A stretch of DNA of 64,000 bases from Octopus vulgaris (lineage: Eukaryota), in the NCBI GenBank assembly GCA_951406725.2, contig OX597814.1:191332001-191396000 (forward strand). The letters run 5' to 3'. A model generated the notes under the pieces. That model was not told the DNA's origin. It ran no database searches and saw only the letters and a list, made by a program, of their open reading frames with translations. Below are positions 1 through 12,314 of this stretch, in pieces. The first letter of the stretch is position 1; each line of letters opens with the position of its first letter. A program made the position numbers and the translations under genes.

Positions 1-351
1 ACCCTAGTATCGATCTATTGCATTTCAATCTGTTTTATGGTTAGAGTTAGGGTTAGGAGTGGGGGGAAGGGTATCTTTTTTTCGTCACAAATGTAAATAA
101 TCCCAATCTGTTTCTTAAACGAGGGACATATTCATACGGCACAGGATGCTTTTTACCTCAATGGACGTCATTGATTGGTTGAAATTGCAGAAATTAAAGA
201 AAAAAGACAACAAATATCTTACAAACTATAGAATTTTCTCAATAAAGCCAAGAGAAAAAGATGTTTTATAAACACATTCTACCAGTATACGAAGTTAAAA
301 TTTTTAGTTATCTAGAAATTATGTTAAAAACTGCCGTTCAAACCGAAAAGA
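1..351. mobile_element. GGATCTTT-type MITE, left end cut by window edge
   Basis: Same internal sequence and right TIR (aaaactgccgttcaaaccgaaaaga) as the copies at 1768, 4449 and 29822. Confidence 0.85.
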
Positions 352-686
352 CAGCAGTCGAATTAAACATAACGCTATACGGAATCAAGCTTCTTTATTT
401 TACGAAATTGGTCATAAAGGCCTTACATAGAGGGGACAGAAAAAAAAAACGAATGTAAAGAATGAATTAATATAATGAAAGATGAAATGAAGCCGTTCAG
501 CCCCACCTCCGAATGACATCATTGAACCAGTTAATATAACATCTATTTGAAAATAATTATTTAATCACCTTTTTTTAAAAAATGTCCATATTGTACTTTT
601 TTAGAATAACAACATACCTTACCTGTTTCGGCATTGTGCTGGTGTCTATTTCTTTGACCCACCACTCACAGTCCAGATTTTTCACA

Positions 687-1199
687 TCTATATATATAAA
701 ACTGTAGTTGTGTGAGTGTCTGTCCCCTTCGATTTAGATTCCTAACTACTCCCACATTTTGCGGTGCAGTTTAACCAAATTCGGGTATCTTATAGTCGTG
801 ATTCATATTGAGCCCGTCTGAGTATTAGCGTGCGTCTACGATGAGTCTACGATTTTAAAAATAATTTAACATCATTTTTTATTCCATTTTAATGCATAAT
901 TTTTCGTGTGTCGATGGCGGCGGAGTTGGCGTCCATGGTCACACCTGCACCTGTTTGCTTCTTCCCCTTCTTCCCTCCCTCGTGAAGCTGTGGGGAAGGG
1001 AGTGTAAGGAAATCAACGTCGTAAAGCGTTGTCAAGGAGACCAGCGTTCTTTTAGAACAACGACTTCATGGCTTGAAGACACCAAAACAGAAATGGCTAA
1101 GAAAGCCCAAATTGGCATCTATAAGGGAAGTAACTCTCTAAAAATGCTTATATAGTTATTTCCCTTACAAACCCGAGCAACGCCGGGCGATACTGCTAG
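687..1199 (+). mobile_element. Non-autonomous Helitron
   Basis: 5' TC (tctatatatataaaactg), subterminal hairpin cccgagcaacgccggg and 3' CTAG. Inserted between A and T with no TSD. Same 3' end as 28697. Confidence 0.85.
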
Positions 1200-1332
1200 T
1201 ACTTATATAATCTCCATACGCATAGAATGTTCTCGGGCAGACCCCTTACTCCCGTTACATCCACCTTTATTACTCCGTCGCAGAAAGTCCACCTCATTGC
1301 ACAGTTCTTCATTATGTCCATTATACATTACA

Positions 1333-1551
1333 GGCGGCGAGCTGGCAGACACGTTAACACGCCGGGCGAAATGCGTAGCCGTATTTCGTCTGCCGTTACG
1401 TTCTGAGTTCAAATTCCGCCGAGGTCGACTTTGCCTTTCATCCTTTCGGGGTCGATTAAATAAGTACCAGTTACGCACTGGGGTCGATATAATCGAACTT
1501 AATCCGTTTGTCTGTCCTTGTTTGTCCCCTTGTTTAGGTAATAAAGAAACA
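1333..1551 (+). mobile_element. SINE family B monomer
   Basis: ggcggcgagctggcaga head, B-box gagttcaaattcc and aataaagaaa tail. 20-bp TSD tatgtccattatacattaca at 1313-1332 and 1552-1571. Confidence 0.9.
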
Positions 1552-1767
1552 TATGTCCATTATACATTACAACATATTTTTCTTTGCAGGGCGGGGATGG
1601 GTAAGTTTGAGGCTCCTGTGTGTTTGTACTTGTTTTTATGTCAGACAGGGCATAGGGGGTTGGGGGGTTGGTGTCTGTAGGGAATGATTGGGTTAGAGTT
1701 TGTGTGGGTCGGGGGCGTTTAATGATTCCTCAAAGAGGTTTTCAACTCAGTGTTGATTTCAATAATG

Positions 1768-2185
1768 GGATATTTTCGGTTTGAACGGCAGTTTTTTCTA
1801 GCGGTGTCATATGAAATTGTCACCCATAATTAAGACCCTAGTATCGATCTATTGCATTTCAATCTGTTTTAGAGTTAGGGTTAGGGGTGGGGGGAAGGGT
1901 ATCTTTTTTCTTCAGAAATATAAATAAACCCAATCTGTTTCTTAAACGAGGGACATATTCATACGGCACAGAATGTTTTCACCTTCAATAGACGTCATTG
2001 ATTGGTTGAAATTGCAGAAATTGAAGAAAAAAAAACAACAAATATCTTACAAACTATAGAATTTTCTCAATAAAGCCAAGGGAAAAAGATGTTTTATAAA
2101 CACATTCTACCAGTATACAAAGTTTAAAAGTGTTTAGTTACGTGGAAATTATTTTTAAAAACTGCCGTTCAAACCGAAAAGATCC
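1768..2185. mobile_element. GGATCTTT-type MITE
   Basis: TIRs ggat(a/c)ttttcggtttgaacggcagtttt and 8-bp TSD caataatg on both sides. Confidence 0.9.
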
Positions 2186-3059
2186 CAATAATGTTTATTA
2201 ATTTACATAAAATAGTTTCAAAATCTGTCTCATACAAAGGTGGAATAAATATGAGGAAAAACAAACAGAATTTCGTTGTTACACCGCCATTGTTTTATCG
2301 CCATTGTTTTAGTTTCCTTCGCGTCCATTACAGATTATTTGGCATTGAAACGAAAATGGTGATAACATTACGGAATATAAAACAGCTCAAGCTGGTCGTA
2401 CCGATCAAGGTTGATACTGTACTTGCCTAATGGTTACTTATCTTGTCGTATGCATTGTGCTATGTCACTAATCTCAGCGATTCAATCCACGTAGCTATAA
2501 ACTATACACCACACGATGAGTAGTTTATTACTGCAAGTAATGTCAATAGTGTTTAATTAACAAGCGTAGTTAGCGGCCGATATAATATCCTCAAGTGAAA
2601 AGAAGTTGCGATGTATCGGTTTTCCTATTCAGAAGTTCGTCCTAGCTTTCATAGAGTTAAGTCTATGAAAGCTAGGACTAGCTCCTGTATACTGCAGTCT
2701 GTATACAAGCATTAAAACACTGAAGCAGTAGTAAAAATAATTTGCAAGAGCATTTTTTTCTCACTATTGCCAAGTTCTTAAGATACGTTTACATTGCAAT
2801 TATGTGGTTTTACGGTTCCATACCAACGCGTGGTACATTAGTTAAGTGTTTTTTTTTTATAAATATCTTAGTCTCAGAATATTCTAAGATTTGGGGTGAA
2901 ATTGGGTGAACGAAGCCCATTGGATCGGCTGCATATGTTCTTGGATGCTGGACTTCATCGGTCGCTCGATTTAACACCATCAATTGACCTTTATTTCATT
3001 GGGCTGATGTGGAAAAAGTGATGTGTCCGTGACGTTTGTAGACCGATGTGGTCAAAGCG

Positions 3060-3520
3060 GTTAATAATTGAATAATTGCGAGATGGTGACTGCAGATGTC
3101 CAGAAAACCATCTTTATGAGGAGGAAGGATTGCAAATAGTGGATAGTGTAATGCTTTGGGGAGGTGCGACACCAGTGCAAAATCACCTCCCTCCGACAAG
3201 TCATCCTAACGAGACGTCTGCGTTGGCTGGGTCATGCCCTCCGTCGTCAACCTGGAGAATTCATCTACGAAGCAATTGCCCCAGCTCCCCTTCAAAGTTG
3301 GCGAAAGCGATGTGGTGGACAACGAAAAACCTGGTTGATGACAGTCAAGGCTGATCTGGAACCCAACCTAGTCCCCCCATGTCTACGACGTTCGTCGCTG
3401 GAATAAGGAGTGGTTGGAGATCACGCGGTCGTTAACCTCAAATCGCCAGGCCTGGTTGGCGTTTGTGAGAGATGCAGCACTGAGGATGAATGAAGCCAGC
3501 TCAGCCCACCCCGGGTGAAT
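3060..3520 (+). mobile_element. RTE-like LINE ORF2 3' fragment
   Basis: RRLRWLGHALRR...RKRCGGQRKTWLMTVKADL matches the C-terminal motif of RTE-clade ORF2; frameshifted. Confidence 0.7.
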
Positions 3521-4252
3521 GCTGTCTCAAGCAAGTTGGGGAGGTGCACACAGCTTGGATGACGAGAGGATGAGAGAGGAATGATTGTGGAGTGCCTCAG
3601 GTTTGTTGGCAAGAAACTGGCTGATGGTAATCTACTTGGAACTTTAAACTCAACAGCAGCGGTAGTACATCAATTTGTACATTCTAGCTAATACTATACA
3701 GAGAAAAGATAAAGATGGAGTAATGAAGACAGATGGCAGATAATGCCTTTCTGAAATCAAGTTAATATCTGGGAATTCACTTAAAGCAATCTATAAATAA
3801 ATTCAATAATTACAGGCCACTAGAAGTTCAAGGGATTTTTTTGTAACACTACGTGTATCTCTGGATGTTGTTAACATTTAAGTATCCTTTTAAATGATGT
3901 ATGTGCAAGTGTATATGAGTAAAAATGTATGCGTATAAACAAGTAAGCATATACGCATGCGTGTGGACACCTATCCGGATGTGTATGCATGGATGTTGTT
4001 ATTATGTGTGTTTATATGAGTAGATCTGTATATTTCGACTTGTGCATGTATGTGTATGTATACATACGTTTGTGTGTCTAATACTTACATATCTTTGTAC
4101 ATCTATACGTGTATGTTTGCTTAATTATGCCCAATCGTTAGATGTTTTGCATATTTTCACAGCGCCTTTGATGGCTAGTATCTCTAATTTCCAAATTAGC
4201 TATGTATTTCTGTATTTAAGTACGTGGGCACATAGTACTTACGCGTGTGTGA

Positions 4253-4314
<62 letters not shown>

Positions 4315-4448
4315 CTTTTTAATTTAGAGTAAATTTTTACCGGCCACCTACTTGGTAGCAAGGTTGCGAAGGAAGCATCTTGTTTTTTTCATCACCCTTT
4401 AAACCTTGAGTAGGTTTTGCAGATTTATATAGTCCCAGATAACGTGAT

Positions 4449-4857
4449 GGATCTTTTCGGTTTGAACGGCAGTTTTTTCTAGCGGTGTCATATGAAATTG
4501 TCACCCATAATTATGACCCTAGTATTGATCTATTGCATTTCAATCTGTTTTAGGGTTAGGGGTGGGGAAAGGATATCTTTTTTCTTCACAAATGTAAATA
4601 AACCCAATCTGTTTCTTAAACGAGGAACATTTTCATACGGCACAGAATGTTTTCACCTCAATAGACGTCATTGATTGGTTGAAATTGCAGAAACTGAAGA
4701 AAAACAACAACAAATATCTTACAAGCTATAGAATTTTCTCATTAAAGCCAAGAGAAAAAGATGTTTTATAAACACATTCTACCAGTATACGAAGTTTAAA
4801 AGTGTCTAGTTACGTGGAAATTATTAAAAAAAACTGCCGTTCAAACCGAAAAGATCC
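4449..4857. mobile_element. GGATCTTT-type MITE
   Basis: Matching TIRs; TSD aacgtgat/aacgtgac. Confidence 0.9.
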
Positions 4858-5027
4858 AACGTGACAATTTGTAGTGTATGGATTAAGGTTTGCGTTCTTT
4901 TCCCAGGATTCCAAGTTTAGCCATACTTTGTATGTATGTATGTATGATTTTTCTTTGAGCTTAATTTAAGTTCTCCAGGAAGTTCAAGTTGGTTGCTAAC
5001 AAAGCAACAATATTTTTGGATTTAATA

Positions 5028-5207
5028 GGCGCAGGAGTGGCTGTGTGGTAAGTAGCTTGCTTACCAACCACATGGTTCCGGGTTCAGTCCCACTGCTGGC
5101 ACCTTGGGCAAGTGTCTTCTGCTATAGCCTCGGGTTGACCAAAGCCTTGTGAGTGGATTTGGTAGACGGAAACTGAAAGAAGCCCGTCGTATATATGTAT
5201 ATGTACG

Positions 5208-5244
<37 letters not shown>

Positions 5245-5462
5245 TTGTGTGTCTGTGTTTGCCCCCCCCCCCCAACATCACTTGACAACCGATGCTGGTG
5301 TATTTACGTCCCCGTAACTTAGCGGTTCGGCAAAAGAGACCGATAGAATAAGTACTAGGCTTACAAAGAATAAGTCCTGGGGTTGATTTGCTCGACTAAA
5401 GGCGGTGCTCCAGCATGGCCGCAGTCAAATGACTGAAACAAGTAAAAGAGTAAAAGAGAGAG
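5028..5462 (+). mobile_element. SINE family A with internal (TA)/(TG) microsatellite
   Basis: A-box-like tggctgtgtggt, B-box ggttcagtcc and (agtaaaag)n tail. Multiple near-identical copies in the window. Confidence 0.9.
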
Positions 5463-5599
5463 TTCCCGGTGTTTGTAAATCTGTGGTTCAGTTGATACGT
5501 TGGTTGAACTGTCCATGTATACACCCAAGTGTGTGCATCTATCCACATAAGAATCTCACATGGAGAATTTTTGGAAAGTCTTACAAATCTTCACTTTGC

Positions 5600-5915
5600 C
5601 TCTAATAAATTGGATCTGGAGAATCTGCGTTAGTTCCTTTTGCTTTTCCCCCACCCCCGTGAAACCGAGAATTTTAAAGTTTTATGAAAATTTGTTGGTG
5701 CATAAACTAACGCACCCATGATGATAGGTACAAACGAGAATTCATAGCTAGGATACAAGAGCTGTAAACTCCGCATTAATTTGTCATAAATGTTCTCTTT
5801 TCCAGGACTTTTGATTGCACATTTACATCCAACGGGCAGCTGATCTCTACAACAATGCATAACTTTTGTTCCCTGTCCCTCAGAACAATATCAAGTCTGT
5901 TATGTTTGCACCGAA
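5600..5915 (-). mobile_element. Non-LTR retrotransposon restriction-like endonuclease (REL) fragment
   Basis: HNRLDIVLRDREQKLCIVVEISCPLD...YDKLMRSLQLLYPSYEFSFVPIIMGAL resembles the PD-(D/E)xK REL domain. Confidence 0.75.
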
Positions 5916-6084
5916 TTGACGGCGAGCTGGCAGAAACGTTAGCACGCTGGGCGAAATGCTTAGCGGTATTTCGTCTGCTGTTACACTCTGAGTTCAAATT
6001 CTGCCGAGGTCGACACACTCTGTACGATAACGTTGCACAAGGTTGAATCGTAGTGACATCGATGAAACTGATAGCTGAGACAGT

Positions 6085-6830
6085 AAATAAAGGGCTGGAC
6101 AAAATAATGGAAATAGCTTATTAATTGGAAGTTTTATAATTAGATACGGAAATGGCCCATCTTCGGCATCAATCACAGCTTTAATGCGTCGAGAAATTGA
6201 TTCGTACAGATTCTGAACAGTTATCAGAAGGAATTTTGTGCCATTTTTCAAGTAAAATCTGCTTTAGCTCTTTCAACGACGATAGCAAAGAGAATTGGCT
6301 CTCTCACTTGCTGCTCCAAAATGCATCAGAAATGCGGGCTAAAACTACGCGCTTTCACTAGTCAATTAAGGCGAGACAGTGTCACGTGACAACTTGCTGG
6401 AGCTGCCTGCTGGAGCCTATGCAGCAGGTATTTAAAGGGGAAAATTTGACAAGACAGTCAGTCACCGGCTGACACACGCTGACGATACATCGAAGAGGCT
6501 AGGGAACAGAAGAAAGAAGACATGCACCCAACACCAGAGCTGAAGACACCTCCGATAGTGTGGGGGGGGGCTCCACGTCAAAACGGTAGAGGAGTAGGGG
6601 CCGAAACCGAACGTGGTTCCTCCTGATGATATCTTGAGCTAACTGGATCCTATAAAGTAGCTGTTGTGGTAGCAGACCACGAAACACGGTTGAAATTCCT
6701 CCTTGCTGCTCCAAAATGCGTTATAAATGTTCGATTTTTTAAATGAAATTCGGTGACTGTGAGGGCCAATCGAAGCGATCCACTCCATTTTTCTGCTCTT
6801 CGTACCTGTTTTAAATAACATTAGCCTCGT
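6085..6830 (-). mobile_element. Tc1-like transposase C-terminal relic, interrupted at 6325-6701
   Basis: WPSQSP...IEHL at ~6720-6770 and NLYESISRRIKAVIDAEDGPFPY at ~6140-6215. 18-bp duplication cttgctgctccaaaatgc flanks the interruption. Confidence 0.75.
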
Positions 6831-7128
6831 GAATCAGTGTTGTTTGTGTTGTACCAGTATTGCTCGGATGGTTTGCGGAAGCTGCGTATAATGGTTTAAA
6901 AACTCCAAGCAAACATGTAAACATGATTTATTATCGCCGCACAAGTCACATGAAGCTAGTCATGCATTACAAATACACACGTAGAATCAGCAGGAGGAAA
7001 GAAATATATTACCGCATGCAAAGTAGCTGAATATCAAATTTTACCACAAGGGCTGGATCAAACACAAGGGATATAAACTTACTCGGAAATGGATGCGTCG
7101 CGTTTAATCAAATAATAATAAATAATAG

Positions 7129-7193
<65 letters not shown>

Positions 7194-7269
7194 CATTATT
7201 ATGCTGAAATGTCGCACGTGAACGACACAGTTTAGCGACTTCGCGTGTTAAGCGTTCATTGGCTCTTAA

Positions 7270-8210
7270 AGTGGCATCTTTGCCTGTTGAGGTAGGCTGT
7301 GAAGTAGAGACGAAGAATAAGAAGAAGCAACGACTCTATCAGCCGTAGTGGGACTATGAGAAGACTCCACAATCCTGTCCGCTGAGGCGGCAATTTGGTC
7401 GATAGTACTTGCGTCAACCATATTAGTCAGTATCGTCTGGGAGCCGTGAGAAGAACAACTCCTTGACGAACGAGCTGTCCTCAGGTGCGGCGTTGCTGAG
7501 TTCACGAATCCGCCGTTAAAAATCAGAAGGAGTCCTATTCCCAAGATGTTCGTCCTGAGGTATGGTGTGGAGCCGACTTTCTAATGACTTGGAGTTCCGT
7601 CTCAGAACTTCTGATTTGAAAGAATCATAGTAGGTGCACTGTGGAGGTAAGTGATGAGATCATTTACGGTAGCAGCTAAAGAAGCAGGAATACCATTAAT
7701 CAGGATATGCATTTTCTGTCGTGAAGACTGTACGCCATTTGCAGCAAAATAAGAACCGAGTTGGGCAAACTACAGCTTCGCATCGCCTGCATATGCTGGA
7801 ATAGCGGTAGTACTTATCTTAAGGATGCTTTTGTGACAGTGATGTGCAGCAGAAATTCACCGAAGATGAAATGATCAGAAAGAACGGGTGAGGCGGAACA
7901 TTAACTCACACACGCAACCTTATGTAAGAGGAAGAAAGGCAAACGAAATGAAAAGCGAGCGTACTGCCGTTGAATTTGAATTCGAAATATAAAAAAAAAA
8001 TTATTCCGAAGGAGGCCGGGAACCAGGAGATCTCGGTAATGAAAAGTGAAAATTACATTTGAAATGGTAACAAGCAATACCAGAGATGAAAAAGACCTGG
8101 ACAGAACGTGGTGGGAAGAAAAGGTAGATAGGTATCATTCCAGGTGTCGATATCAAAATTCCTTCAGATATAATTTTTTCGTGTTCGCTTGTCGGGTCAC
8201 GAATGTTGGA
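7270..8210 (-). mobile_element. Decayed Ty3/Gypsy gag N-terminal region with probable primer-binding site
   Basis: Manual translation: IPAYAGDAKL*FAQLGSYFAANGVQSSRQKMHILING...YDSFKSEVLRRNSKSLESRLHTIPQDEHLGNRTPSDF*RRIRELS, a WFAQ/LGDRKPS-type gag. TGGTGACCC-like PBS at 8191-8203. Confidence 0.75.
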
Positions 8211-9541
8211 TGTTGTCCAATGATACTAGTTAATTGTTCACAGACATCGAGATGCAGTGGAAAGCTGAAAAAAAAGGAAAAAAAAGCACCCTCGGCCTTC
8301 CACGTGTCGAAGTAACACCACTGGCTCATGTACTGAAGCAAAGAATTTCAGACGCTTATTTCGTTTCAAAGATAATTTTATTTTTTGTCGGGATGTTTAC
8401 ACACAAAATGGTGGTGTTGTTAAAATGCAGAAAGCATCTTTGAACAAAATAACTTAGCGTACTGAATGTGCACTCACGCAAAATACAGTGCAGCTGTTAT
8501 GGATCAAACATGGCGTATCATAAAAAATGCGAGTCACAGGCGGAAAGGTAACTGCTCTGTTGTTGTAGTGGAAGCAAAACAATAATTATATAATTAGAAG
8601 CGCCCTCAAGTGGACTAAATCAATTGCTCCAAAATTGTTGGGAACAAATTATAGTTTAAGGGTGATAATCCGAATTTGTTCCATGATTCCAAAGAAGGGA
8701 AATCACCCATCTTAAGTCACGATATTTTTCGTCATTGCTACATATAGATCAAAACAGTTTGATTCAAATTCGTTGGTACTCTTGAGTTTCAAGCGCGATG
8801 CTAGTCTTCAGCCATTTTGAATTTGAATGACAGAAGTTGATTGTTATTACCGTAAGGTGGTCTGCGATTGGACGAGGAAGGTCATGCGGTGTCGTGGTTT
8901 GATGTTGGTATTGATAACAGTTAGCTGGAAAATACCGCATATGGAACAGGAAATCGACCGCGTGGTGGACAGGAAATCGGTCAGGTTGTTGGAGGGGAAG
9001 TAGGAAGGGGTGGTATGTGCGAGTATATAGTTGTATATGTGTGTGTGTAGATGCGTTCATGTGGTTTTGCGTGCATGTCTGCATTGATGCGAGCGTGCGC
9101 ATCTGTACATGGGTGTGCACGCGGGCGCCCCACATATATATAAACGAATCCATGCGCACGCACATATGTGTGTACGTGTGTATGTGTGTGTGGGGGGAGT
9201 TGTGCGTGCATGTGTGTGTGTGTGAGCTCGTGTTCGTTCATAAAGGTGAAACAAGGTGGGGGAAAATAGTACTCGAATACCGGAGGTAGAGTAAAATGCT
9301 TTATTAATAAAACTGCAAAACATCACAAATATATCACAAAAAAACTGTTACTCGAAATCCGCAATGTAGCAACAAGTATTCGCGTCCTGCTACATTTGCA
9401 TGTAATCAATTGGAAGATTGCATTTTCATCAGTGAACAATAGTATACTTTAGGATCGACATGATTAACTAAAATACTCAGATAATCCTTGGCATTAATTC
9501 TGCTGTGTAGAACAAACTAAAGGGCCCACAGAAAATCATTC

Positions 9542-10219
9542 GGATTTTGACCTTTTGACCGACAGATTTAAAAACTTTTTTTTTTTGTAACTAAACACTT
9601 TAAAACTTCGAACACTGGCAGAATGTTTTATATAAAACATCTCTATTACTCTTAGCATTTTTGAGAAAACTTATATTTAGGAAGTTATTTCACGTTAAAG
9701 TTGTCCTATTTCGGTAATTTCAACCAATCAATGACGTGTATTCAGCTGAATAAAATTACTACCGTTGTTTGTCAACAACAACTTCCGGCGGTGTATATTT
9801 CGTTTGTCACTGTTATTTATGACAACCCTAAACCTAAAATCCTAACCCTAACCCTAAAACCCTAACCCTAACCCTAACACTAAATCCCTAAAACCCTAAC
9901 CCTAAAACCTTAAAACCAGTACAAACACATGAACGATGTCTCAAATAACAGTGACAAACGAAATATACACCGCCGATAGTTGTTGTTGACAAACAACGAC
10001 AGTAATTTTATTCAGCTGAATACACGTCATTGATTGGTTGAAATTACCGAAATACGAGAACTTTAACGTTAAATAACTTCGTAAATATAAGCTTTTTTTC
10101 AAAAATGCTAAGAGTAAAAGATATTGTTTATGACACATTCTACCAGTGTCCGAAGTTTGAAAGTGTTTAGTTACAAAAAATTATTTTTTAAAAATCTGTA
10201 GGTCAAAAGGTAAAGATCC
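9542..10219. mobile_element. Long-TIR (foldback-like) GGATCTTT-type MITE with central (CCCTAA)n
   Basis: ~280-bp inverted arms and TSD aatcattc on both sides. Confidence 0.9.
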
Positions 10220-11768
10220 AATCATTCCTTTGAAAGTGATGTCCCAGCATGGCCGCAGCCCAATGACTGTAACCAGTAAAAGTGTGAATAAACAAAGAAT
10301 GCCGAGGCGAGGATATCGCATCTGATTTAAATATTAAGATTCATTTACTTGCAATGGATACCTCGCGAAACAGCGAGTGGTGGTTTCTCTTAGAAATAAA
10401 GCACGTAAAGTAAATAGGTAAAAAGATAATAGATATCTAGCGCATGCGTATTGACTATGTAGCAAGAATACTTCCATTTGTATTCGTAGTTGTAAATAGG
10501 TGTTTTTGTATGTATGTAAACATGAATTTATGTTTGTGTGACTACGAGGAAAATTTTGGCTTTTTATAATTAATGACCATTAAACATCTTATTCATGAAG
10601 CTAGTTCTAGCAGTGACTCACAAGATAATAAACTTGCTCTCAGCTTGCCATAAAACTTTTAATTATACCCACCAACCAAAATATTTCATATTTTATCTAT
10701 TTTATTTTTCAAATGCAAGCTGATAAAAAGAAGAAGAAAAGACTGATAAATATTCTTCCCATAGTTGAAAATGGATATTTATTAGTTCTGCCAGATAGGA
10801 ATTACCATAAGTAAGCTGTTCCCAGAGAAGCGAGTTAGAAGAACATCTTGAAATATAATGACTACTTCTAGCAGTTACCATGGTAACTTACTGCTTATTT
10901 GTATACGCAATAAGCTAGTGAAAATAAATACGTCTGCTGTGATGAGGTTTCGTGGCTTACATGAATTTTAACACCTGCAAATAAATAAATAAACAATTAA
11001 AAAGAATAAAAATGAAATATAATTAAATTAAAAATGGTTTACTGGTTAATGGTTTGACTACTTTATACGCGCTAATAACCAACATAGAACAGTGTAAGAA
11101 TTTAACTTGCCGATAGCTCCTATCAAGTTATAACTATATCGTATCTGACGTAACTAATTATTTCAGTAGCTCCTTGCATTTTTAATGAAATAGGTCAAAA
11201 GAGAGAATAGTTTTTTTTTTTTTTACTGATATGAAATAATTCATCTCAAAACGATTAGTACTGTTTGACTGTGCATCGTTTGGAAGCCAAAATATTAAGT
11301 AGCTAATTGTTGTTTCCAAGTCTGTCTAGTAATTATATGGAAACAGGTGGAACAGTACACAAAAAGAACAGTCTTCGCTAAGACGGTTAACCGAAAATGT
11401 AGATGGAGAAATGAACCACCTGTTATAGAAAAACAGAAGAATTTACGCCAACATTAAAATGGAGGGATGTGCAAGGAATATGTTCTCTTAATTTGGATAC
11501 GATTCTTCATTAACCATACGAGACAGAAATAGAAGGAGAAAGGGAAAAAGATAGGAGAATAATAACTGAAAAGGACAGAAAACATATAACAGGTTGTATT
11601 TTGTTTTTAAAGATCAGTAATGATTTCAGATCTGATTAGACTGACGTAGAATCAGACGAATGACGTATTAAACAGAATTTGTAGTAATTGAAATCAGTCA
11701 TTGCGTAACCATGTCGAGCACCAGTGATTACAGGTGTGTATGTATATATGTGTGTTTGAGTGTGTGTA

Positions 11769-11807
<39 letters not shown>

Positions 11808-11808
11808 G

Positions 11809-11877
<69 letters not shown>

Positions 11878-11880
<3 letters not shown>

Positions 11881-12018
11881 GCAGGAGTGGCTGTGTGGTA
11901 AGAAGCTTGCTTCCCAACCACATGGTTCCGGGTTCAGTCCCACAGCGTGGCACCTTGGGCAAGTGTCTTCTACTATAGAGTGGATTTGGTAGACGGAAAC
12001 CGAAAAAGAAGCCCGTCG

Positions 12019-12050
<32 letters not shown>

Positions 12051-12258
12051 AGTGTCTGTGTCTGTGTTTGTCCTACCATCGCTTGACAACCGATGTTGGT
12101 GTGTTTAAGTTCCTGTAACTTAGCGGTTCTGCAAAAAGAGAACCGATAGAATAAGTACTAGGCTTACAAAGAATAAGTCCCGAGGTCGATTTGCTCGACT
12201 AAACGCGGTGCTCTGGCCTGGCCGCAGTCAAATGACTGAACAAAGCAACAATAAAAGA
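11878..12258 (+). mobile_element. SINE family A
   Basis: Matches 5028-5462 with an internal deletion. Confidence 0.85.

Positions 12259-12314
<56 letters not shown>

Noticed and set aside
9825-9915. (CCCTAA)n as a telomere or chromosome-fusion site
   Set aside because: Short, degenerate and internal to a TSD-flanked MITE.
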